Source of the DNA: an uncultured Actinomycetota bacterium
GTDB lineage: Bacteria > Actinomycetota > Actinomycetes > Propionibacteriales > Nocardioidaceae
Direction: 5' to 3'
DNA: 64,000 bases
Assembly: GCA_963774575.1 (NCBI GenBank)
Contig: CAVZFO010000021.1
Span: 7,315 to 71,314, forward strand
The notes beneath the pieces are model-generated. The model saw nothing but the letters and a program-made list of their open reading frames with translations, did no database searches and was not told the origin of the DNA. A program made the translations under genes and the position numbers. This document shows positions 53,966 to 62,369 of the stretch, piece after piece; position 1 is the stretch's first letter; each line of letters opens with the position of its first letter.

Positions 53966-54865
53966 TCACGGATGGGGCCAGAGGACGTCGGCGCGGCTGT
54001 AGTGGCCGGCGACGTCGAACCACCGCTTGGCGTGCAGCGTCTCGCGCAGGTCGCAGTCGGCCACCACGATCCCCTCGGCGTCGTACAGCGGGCCGCCGAT
54101 CACGTCCCCGGACCCGGGCGCCACGACCGCCGCGCCCCCGCGGCCGAAGACGTCGTGGTCGGGCAGCGGCCAGGGGAAGTCGTCGGGGAACGCGGTCCGC
54201 GGGATGTACTGCGGCACCGAGACGACGTACGCGCCCGCCTCGATGGCGATGTGCCGGACCGTCGCCAGCCAGCCGTCGGAGTCGTCGGCCGTCGGCGCCA
54301 CCCAGATCTGCGGGCCGCCCTGGTAGACCGCCCAGCGCGCCAGCGGCATCCGGTTCTCCCAACAGATCAGCCCTCCGATCCGGCCGAGCCGGGTCGCGGT
54401 CACGGCCAGGTCGTCGCCGGCTCCGACGCCGTGGAAGAGCCGCTCGTGGAAGGTCGGCATCAGCTTGCGGTGCCGCGACAGCACGCCCTCGGGTCCGAGG
54501 AGCAGTAGCGAGTTGTAGAGGGTGCCGGGTCGCTCGTCCTCGCGCTCGTTGACGCCGATCGCGCAGTAGACGTCGTGCTCGCGGCAGGCGTCGACGAGCG
54601 TGGCGACCTCGGGTCCGCCGACGTCGACCGAGCTCCCCCAGAAGCGCTCCCAGAACTCGTCGGCCTGCGATCCGGAGGGCGACAGGTGGGCCCACGCGTA
54701 CGACGGGTAGACCGACAGGAAGGTCTCGGGGAAGACCACGAGCTGCGCGCCCTGGCCGGCGGCCTCGGCGACCAGGCGGACCGCCTTGGCGACGCTGGCG
54801 TCGAGGTCGAGGACCACCGGGGTCGCTTGGACGGCGGCCACGCGGACCAGGGGCAGCTCGGTCAT
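53966..54865 (-). CDS. Nitrilase / carbon-nitrogen hydrolase
   Basis: E-K-C triad: FPETF, HRKLMPT, ICWEN; DVAGHYSR. Confidence 0.92.
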   Translation of the reverse strand: MTELPLVRVAAVQATPVVLDLDASVAKAVRLVAEAAGQGAQLVVFPETFLSVYPSYAWAHLSPSGSQADEFWERFWGSSVDVGGPEVATLVDACREHDVYCAIGVNEREDERPGTLYNSLLLLGPEGVLSRHRKLMPTFHERLFHGVGAGDDLAVTATRLGRIGGLICWENRMPLARWAVYQGGPQIWVAPTADDSDGWLATVRHIAIEAGAYVVSVPQYIPRTAFPDDFPWPLPDHDVFGRGGAAVVAPGSGDVIGGPLYDAEGIVVADCDLRETLHAKRWFDVAGHYSRADVLWPHP

Positions 54866-54884
54866 CTCCGCAGGCTAGTGCCGG

Positions 54885-55075
54885 AAATAGGTGAAGGGCT
54901 CTCGTGAGTATGAGTCACAAGAGCCCTTCAGGTTGACCGGTACCGGTGACGCTTCCGATCGATCGTCCTTCGTGCTCGGTCCCAGCAGCTTCGTCACCCT
55001 GCTGCCGCCTCGGGTTGCCCCGCGGTGTGGACCTTCGCCTTCCGGCCGATCCCGCTCTTCCCGGAGGAAGTGCGT
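54885..55075 (-). ncRNA. Candidate structured ncRNA, copy A (family not recognised)
   Basis: Conserved with copy B: tetraloop hairpins with compensatory changes, GGUGAC/GUCACC pseudoknot, 3' hairpin + U-rich tail, own promoter. Confidence 0.75.
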
Positions 55076-55081
55076 AGGAGA

Positions 55082-55231
55082 GTTCTATGTCCTGCGCCAC
55101 CACCCGCGCAAGAGGAATCCCCAAGAAACACGGGGAAATCTCGCCGTCGGGCGTGTCGTCCACAGGAGCGGGTACGTCGTCCACAGGCGACGGGCGCTGC
55201 TCCACAGGTCGGGCGCCCCGGCTGTGGACTC
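55082..55231 (-). promoter_or_regulatory. Promoter and phased TCCACA array of ncRNA A
   Basis: TTGCGC-N18-TAGAAC; boxes at 55156, 55177 and 55198, inverted box at 55223. Confidence 0.65.
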
Positions 55232-55929
55232 AGCGCACGGCGACGACGTCGCCGACGGCGAGCGAGCCGGGGTCGACCACGTCGGCGTACACGGCGACGC
55301 AGAGCTCCCGACCGGAGGCCAGCGCCTTCAGCCACGGGGTGGTGGTGGCGACCCCGTCCTGGGCCAGGTCGATGGTGCGGCAACGCTCCACGCGCTCGAC
55401 GACGGAGAGGCGGACGTCACCGATCGCGACCTCGTGGCCGACCCAGCCCTCCTCCTCGAACGGCTCGGCCGTCTCGACGATCACGTTGGTGCGCAGCCGC
55501 CGTCGGTCGGCGTCGACGCCGAGCTCGCGGGCACACCACTCGAGGGTCGCGGTGCCGACGAGCGAGACCGCACCGGCGTCGAAGTGCGACGTGCCGTTCT
55601 CCAGGAGCACCTGGACGGCGTCGCCGAAACGCCCGGACAGCTCCTCGTCGAGCGGCGCGCTGCCGGCGGTCCACCCGTCCTTCCCGTCGGCCTCGTGCGC
55701 GAGTGACGCGGACGGTCCCGTCGGCGGCGGTCGTGGCGCCGTAGCGGAAGACCTCGTCGCGGCGGCGGAACCGTCGGCTGTCCTTGCCGGCCGCGAACCG
55801 CCCGTCGCCGTCGACGACGGCGTAGGCCCGGTCGCCGACGAGACCGCGGGGGTCGACGTCGACGCGGTCGAGGGCCTCCCCGGCCATCGACTTCACGGGG
55901 TAGCGGCGGATCTCGAGGACGGTGGGCAC
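55230..55929 (-). CDS. MOSC domain protein (one frameshift)
   Basis: IRRYPVKSMAGE...GLVGDRAYA...RRLRTNVIV...ERCRTI...GSLAVGD. Confidence 0.88.
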
Positions 55930-56090
55930 CGATCCAGGCTAGACGCCGCTGCTCCGAGGATCTCGAGACGGTTCCGCGGATCTCGGAGACGCGTCGCGCG
56001 TCCGGCGCTGGCGCGCCGGCCGCGCCGAGCGCTCCTCGATCTCCTCGCCCCACGCCGACCCGTCGCTGCGCTCCGGCTCGGCGGGCTCGG

Positions 56091-56272
56091 AAAAAGGTGA
56101 AGGGCCCCGGCAGTATGAGTGCCAGGGCCCTTCGTTGACCGCCGTGGTGACCCGACGATCGCCTCGCTCCAGATCGGGCCCCGGTCCAGATGTCACCCTC
56201 GGACCGCAGCGGCCGAAGCCGCCGTGTGAACCCTCACCTTCGTGAGACCCGAACCTCCCGAAGGAAGTTCGT
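56091..56272 (-). ncRNA. Candidate structured ncRNA, copy B
   Basis: Same architecture as copy A, with two C(UUCG)G loops and a CCUUUUU tail. Confidence 0.75.
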
Positions 56273-56279
56273 GAGGAGA

Positions 56280-56419
56280 GTTCTATGCGGTCGCGGCGGG
56301 GGTGCGCAAGAGGGAATCCCCAACTATTTCGGGCAATTCTCCGTCCTCCACAACCTTCGGCGTGTCGTCCACAGGATGCGGGCACTCCTCCACAGCCGGG
56401 ACCGCCTACCTGTGGAAGA
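56280..56419 (-). promoter_or_regulatory. Promoter and phased TCCACA array of ncRNA B
   Basis: TTGCGC-N18-TAGAAC; boxes at 56344, 56365 and 56386, inverted box at 56411. Confidence 0.65.
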
Positions 56420-57806
56420 TCAGGCGGTTCCGAGGGCCTCGAACGCGGCCGCGATCTCGAGCAGCCGGCGGTCGGCACCGTGCGGCGCGACGAGCTGGAC
56501 GCCGACGGGCAGGCCGTCGGCCGTCGTACCCGCGGGGACCGAGATGGCCGGACAGCCGGTGACGGTGATCAGGTACGCCGAGCGCATCCAGTCCAGGTAC
56601 GTCGCCATCGGCCGGCCGTTGATGTCGGCGGGGTACTCCTGGTCGGCCGGGAACGGCGGCACCTGGCTGGTGGGCAGCAGCAGCACGTCGTACCGGTCGA
56701 AGAACTGGCGCGCGGTCTCACCGACGGTGGTGAGCTGCTCGTACGCGCGGGCCACGTCGGCGCCGGTGAGCCCCTCGCCCGCCCGGATGTTGTCCGCCAG
56801 CGACGGCTTGAACTCGTCGGGGTGCTCGGCGAGCAGGTCGCGGAAGCCGGCCTGGAAGGTCCACGCCCGCAGGGTCCGGAAGGTGTCCTCGGCCAGGCTC
56901 AGGTCCGGCTGGTCGGCTGCGACGTGGGCGCCGGCGGCGGCCATCGCGCGGCCGGCCGCCTCGACGACGGAGGCCACCTCGGTGTCCACGTCGACGAGCC
57001 CGGCGAGGTCGGGGGACACGCGCCACGCGCAGCCCGGCCAGGCTGCCCACGACGGGCGGTGCGAAGGCCGAGCCCGGGTCGCCGAGCGCGAGCGGCACCC
57101 GCGGGTCGGGGCCCGCGATCACCGACAGCAGCAGGGCGAGGTCGCCGACGTTGCGGGCGAGCGGCCCGGAGATGCCGAGCGCCTCCCAGTGGTTCTCGTT
57201 CGGCCAGGCAGGCACCCGGCCGCGACTCGGCCGCAGCCCGACCACGCCGCAGAACGACGCGGGGTTGCGCAGCGAGCCGCCCATGTCGGAGCCGTCGGCC
57301 AGCGGCACCATCCCGGCTGCGAGCGCGCACGCCGCTCCCCCGCTCGAGCCGCCGGCGCTCCGCGTCGGGTCGACCGGGTTGAGGGTGGTCCCGAAGACCC
57401 GGTTGAACGTGTGGCTGCCGGCGGCGAACTCCGGCACGTTGGTCTTCCCGATCGGCACCGCCCCGGCCCGCCGGATCCGCGCGACGACGAGGTCGTCGTG
57501 GTCGGGGACGTTGTCGGCCAACAAGCGGCGAGCCGTACGTCGTGCGCCACCCCGCCACGTCGTGGGTGTCCTTGAAGGCCCACGGCAGCCCGTGCAACGG
57601 GCCGCGCTCGTCGTACGGCGTCCGGTCGGCCTCGCTCGCCCCGTCCCGGGCCCGCTCCTCGTCGAGGGAGACGATGGCGTTGAGCTCGGGGTTCCGCTCG
57701 GCGATCCGGGCGAGGTGCAGGTCCATCAGCTCGGAGCACGAGATCTCGCGCGTGCCGATCGCCGCCACCATCTCCCGGGCCGTCGAGTCGTGGTCAGGTC
57801 GGTCAT
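56420..57806 (-). CDS. Amidase-signature family amidase (frameshifted)
   Basis: GPLHGLPWAFKD, GKTNVPEF, GGSSGG, GSDMGGSLRNPASFCG, GLPVGVQL. Confidence 0.92.
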
Positions 57807-57815
57807 GCGCGGGAA

Positions 57816-57892
57816 CTTCGGCGTCGTTCCTGTCCCTGTGGCGTCGTTGCAACGACGCCGAACGTCCGGGATACCCGCTCGAGCGGGTATCC
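57816..57892 (-). repeat. Palindromic intergenic repeat, family X copy 3 (inverted)
   Basis: Reverse complement is nearly identical to 38364-38441. Confidence 0.8.
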
Positions 57893-57903
57893 CGACCCCA
57901 CGC

Positions 57904-58538
57904 TCACCGCCGCCGCCCGAACAGGGAGCCGGCGACGACGCCGAGGAGGACCAGGCCGGCGCCGACGGCGATGCCCTTGAGGAACTCGGCGGACGACGAG
58001 ACCGCGGGTGCCGGGGGTGCGGTGAAGACCTGGCCGACGACGGGGGCGGCCGCAGGCGGCCGCGTCGACGGAGCCCGAGCCGGCGACGGCGGGCAGGCCG
58101 CCGGAGAGGGTGCGGTCCACGTTGCCGAAGAACTCGCCCGCCATCCGCTTCGAGACCGAGGTCAGCATCCGCTGGCCGACCCCGCCGATCATCCCGCCGA
58201 CGACCGCGTCGGCGTCCCAGGTGACCTGCGTGGTGCCGTCCTCGACGAGCGGCGAACCCGACGTTGACGGTCGCGCCGATGGTGCCCGGGGCGCCCGTGC
58301 CGTCGAGCTTCATCACCAGCGACGAGGGCTCCTGCAGGTCCGACAGCACGCAGGTGCCGGCGTACGTGCCCTTGATCGCGGCCACGCCGGCGGTGACGGT
58401 CATGTCGTAGGAGTTCTCCCCCGTCGCGACCAGCCGCTCGCAGCCGGGGATGGTGGCGACCAGCACCGCAGGGTCGAGCAGCGCGTCCCAGGCCTGCGGC
58501 ACGGGCGCGTGCAGGACGTTCTCTCCGGCGATCTTCAT
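57904..58538 (-). CDS. coxG: CoxG/SRPBCC accessory protein with C-terminal TM (frameshifted)
   Basis: WDALLDPAVLVATIPGCE...AAIKGTY...GGMIGGVGQRML...FF. Confidence 0.85.
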
Positions 58539-60950
58539 GGCGTCTCCCCGATCTGTGAGTGGTGCGAGAGGCGAAGCGCGTAGAGCTCGGACGGCGAGAT
58601 CGGCATCGCGGTGATCGTGAAGCCCTCGGCATCGGAGATGGCGGCGGCGAACACCGCCGCCGACGGGATCACGCCGGCCTCGCCGGCGCCCTTGATGCCG
58701 AGCGGGTTGAGCGGCGACGGGGTCTCCAGGTGGTCGATCTCGATCGACCGTCGGGCACCTCGGTGACGTAGGGCATCAGGAAGTCCATGAACGACGCGTT
58801 GAGCAGCTGCCCGGACTCGTCGTAGGCCATCCGCTCGTACAGCGCCCCACCCACGCCCTGGGCCACCCCGCCGTGGATCTGGCCCTCGACGATCATCGGG
58901 TTGATCAGGTGGCCGCAGTCGTGGACCACGGCGTAGCGCAGGATCCTGATCTCGGCGGTCTGCGGGTCGGTCTCCACGATCACGGCGTGCATGCCGGAGG
59001 CGAACGTCGCCCTCTCCGGCGAGTAGAAGTCCTTGCCCTCCAGCCCCGGCTCGTCGCCCTCGGCCACGGGCGGCTTGCCCGGGTCGCCGACCGAGAACTG
59101 GGTCGCCATCTTGGACTGCTCGTCGAAGGCGTAGCGCAGCGGGTTGGAGAGCACCGCCACCGTGCCGAGGGCGATCGAGGCGTCCGGGGCGCCGCGCACC
59201 GACACCACGCCGTCGACGATCTCGAGGTCGTCGGGCGACGCCTCGAGGGCGTCGGCGGCGATCCGCAGCACCTTCTCGCGGGCCCGCGTCGCCGCGAGGT
59301 GGATCGCCGACCCGCTCATCACGGCCGCGCGCGAGGCGAAGGTGCCGACGGCGTACGGCATCCGCCGGGTGTCGCCGGTGACCACCTCGACGTCCTCGAA
59401 GAGGGACGCCGAGCACGTCGGCGACCAGCTGCGCGAAGACGGTCGCGTGGCCCTGGCCCTGGGTGGTCAGGCCGGTCGCCACCTTGACCTTGCCGGTGGT
59501 CTCGATGTGCACGTGGGCGCCCTCGTAGGGCCCGACGCCGGTGCCCTCGACGTAGCAGGCGAGCCCGATGCCGACCCGCCGTCCCTGCGCGGCCATCTCG
59601 GCCTGGAAGGCCGGGAACTCGTCCCAGCCGATCAGCGCCTTGATCTTGTCCAGCGACGCCGGGTAGTCGCCGGAGTCGTACTCCAGCTCGCGGCCGTCCT
59701 GGAAGACCAGGCCGTGGTCGTAGGGGAACTCGTCGGGCTGGATGAAGTTCGCCGCGCGCACCTCGGCGCGGTCCTTGCCGAGGTACTCCGCGATCGCGTC
59801 CATGGTCCGCTCCATCACGAAGCAGCCCTGCGGCCGGCCGGCGCCGCGGTAGGGCGTCACGATCACGGTGTTGGTGTAGAGCGAGTCGAAGACCACCCGG
59901 TAGGCGCCCGGCTTGTAGGGCCCGAGCAGCTGGGTCGAGGTGATGATCGGGACGATCAGGCCGTACGGCGTGTAGGCGCCGTGGTCGTGCCAGAACCGCA
60001 CGTCCAGGCCCAGCAGCCGGCCGTCGTCGTCGAAGCCGACCTCGACGTGGTGCACCTGGCCGCGCTCGTGGGCCGAGGAGATGAAGTGCTCGCGCCGGTC
60101 CTCGATGAACTTGACCGGCCGGCCCAGCGCCCGGGCCGCCAGCGGCACCAGCAGCTCCTCGGGCCAGGGGTGGTTGATCTTCACGCCGAACCCGCCGCCC
60201 ACGTCGGGGGTGATCACGTCGACCTGGCCGAGGTCCAGGCCGAGCTTGACGGCGACGGCGGCCCGCACGCCGGTCGAGGTCTGGGTCGAGGACCAGACCG
60301 TCAGCCGGTTGACGTCGGGGTCCCAGCGCGCGACGATGCCGCGGCCCTCCATGGGCTGGCACGCGCTGCGCTCGACGGTCAGGTCGAGGGTCGAGCGTGT
60401 GCGGGGCCGCGGCGATGGCCGCCGGGGCGTCGCCGTTGCTGCTGCTCCATCCGGGCGCCGACGTTGCCGGGCACGTCCTCGTGCACCAGGTTCGCGCGCG
60501 GCCCGGGCCGCCTCGATGCCGACGACGGGCGGGAGCACCTCGTAGTCGACCCGGATCCGGCCGACGGCGTCCTCGGCGACGTAGCGGTCGTCGGCCACCA
60601 CGAAGGCGATGGCCTCGCCGGCGTAGTTCACCTCGCCGTTGGCCAGGGCGTACTGCGTGCGGCCGTGCGTCAGCGTCGGGTGCGGGATCAGCAGCGGCAG
60701 CGGGTCGGCCATCGGCGCCGACAGGTCGGCCAGGTCCTCGTAGGTCCACACCGCGTGCACGCCCTCGACGTCGAGCACGCGTCGACGTGCACGTCGAGCA
60801 CCTTGGCGTGCGCGTGCGGTGAGCGGAGCACCGCGGCGTGCAGCGTGTTCGGCGCCGACCGCGACGTCGTCGACGTACCTGCCCGTTGCCGCGCAGGAAC
60901 CGCTGGTCCTCGACCCGCTGCACCCGCGCCCCGAACAGCTTGGTCGTCAT
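58535..60950 (-). CDS. Xanthine-oxidase-family molybdenum hydroxylase, large subunit (frameshifted)
   Basis: RVEDQRFL, RSPHAHA, VGGGFGVK, PYRGAGRPQ, GQGHAT, GTFASR, GQIHGGVAQG, KGAGEAG. Confidence 0.92.
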
Positions 60951-61536
60951 GCGCCCAACCCCGTCGACGCGTTGTCGTCGGTGCGGTCCTCGAACTCGAG
61001 CTGACCGTCGTGCTCTCCGCTGGTCGAGGGGCTCGCTCGCGCGTCTCGAGACCCAGTGACCGGAGCTCGGCCGCCCGCAGCACCGACTTCACGATGTTCT
61101 GGTAGCCGGTGCAGCGGCACAGGTTGCCGGCGATCATGTCGCGCGCCTCGTCCTCGGTCGGGCGTGCGGGTTGTCCTCGAGCCCGGCGGTGATGGTGGTC
61201 AGGAAGCCCGGCGTGCAGAACCCGCACTGGAGGCCGTGGCACTCGAGGAACGCCTGCTGCACCGGGCCCGAGCGACCCGTCGGCGTTGGTCAGCCCCTCG
61301 ACGGTGGTGATCTCGCAGTCGACCGCGGACACCGCGAACATCAGGCACGACCGCATCGGCCGGCCGTCGACGAGCACCGTGCAGGCGCCGCAGACGCCGT
61401 GCTCGCAGCCGACGTGGGTGCCGGTCAGGCCGAGGTCGTGGCGCAGCGCGTCGGAGAGCAGCCGCCGGGCGGGTACGGCGACGTCGTGCGCGACGCCGTT
61501 GACGTGCAGGCGGACGTCGTGGAGCGGCTCGCTCAC
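60947..61536 (-). CDS. Mo-hydroxylase 2Fe-2S small subunit (frameshifted)
   Basis: GCEHGVCGACTV..SCL, QCGFCTPG, NLCRCTGY. Confidence 0.92.
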
Positions 61537-62369
61537 TGCGCTGCCCTCGTCTGGGCCATCTCCTCGCCGCGGCGACGACGCGGGCGGTCAGCACCCGCAC
61601 CAGCTGGGCGCGGTAGTCGGCGGTGGCGTGGATGTCGTCGCCGGGGTCGAGGTGCTCGAGCGCCGCGTCGCCGAGGTCGGCGTCGGCGACGCCGGTCAGG
61701 TCGACCACCGTCGGTACGTCGCAGACCGACAGGTAACCGGCCACGCACCGTGTCGCCCGTCGACCAGCCCGCCGACCCCGCACAGCGCGTAGTCGCCGTG
61801 GCGGCGGGCGATCTCCTCGAACGCCACCCCGCCGCCGGCGGCGCAGCGCCGGGAAGCACGCCGACACGGCGATCTCGTCGTGGTGCAGCGAGGACTCCAG
61901 CGGGCCGACGAAGAGGTCGTCGGCCGCGATCGTGCGCCGGCCCCGCGGGCCGACGACGTCGACCGAGCCCGCCCAGCAGGCGCAGCACCATGGGCATCTC
62001 GGCCGCCGCGTCGGCGTGCACGATCGAGCCGACGGTCGTGCCGCGGTTGCGGATGGTGGCGTGCGCGACGTTGGCCAGGGCGCAGGGAGACCAGCGGCTG
62101 GACGCGGCGTACGTCGTCGGACGCGAGCACGTCGGCGTGCCGGGCCAGGGCGCCGATCCGGACGCCGTCGGCGGTCGGCGTCGATCGCCGTCGAGGCCGG
62201 CGAGGCCGTTGATGTCGACCAGCCGCGACGGTGCGGCCAGCCGCATCGACAGCAGCGGCACCAGGCTCTGCCCGCCGGCCAGCACCTTGGCGCCCGGGTC
62301 GCCCGCCAGCGCCGCGAGGGCGTCGTCGAGCGACCCGGGCCGGACGTAGTCGAAGGGGGCCGGCTTCAC
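61533..62369 (-). CDS. Mo-hydroxylase FAD-binding medium subunit (frameshifted)
   Basis: MKPAPFDY, LAGGQSLVP, IRNRGTTVGS.VHADAAAE, RRHGDYA, DDIHATADYR. Confidence 0.92.
   Translation of the reverse strand: MKPAPFDYVRPGSLDDALAALAGDPGAKVLAGGQSLVPLLSMRLAAPSRLVDINGLAGLDGDRRRPPTASGSAPWPGTPTCSRPTTYAASSRWSPCALANVAHATIRNRGTTVGSIVHADAAAEMPMVLRLLGGLGRRRRPAGPAHDRGRRPLRRPAGVLAAPRRDRRVGVLPGAAPPAAGWRSRRSPAATATTRCAGSAGWSTGDTVRGRLPVGLRRTDGGRPDRRRRRRPRRRGARAPRPRRRHPRHRRLPRPAGAGADRPRRRRGEEMAQTRAAQ

Noticed and set aside
54885-56272. Riboswitch leaders for the nitrilase and MOSC genes
   Set aside because: Both downstream genes have their own TAGCCT leaderless promoters after the terminal hairpin and are functionally unrelated. 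Not fully excluded.
54915-56478. ORFs 54915-55205 and 55939-56478 as proteins
   Set aside because: The homologous DNA copies do not preserve a reading frame or peptide; conservation follows base-pairing instead.
58535-62369. Bona fide aerobic CO dehydrogenase
   Set aside because: Lacks the AYxCSFR motif; context is nucleobase transport.
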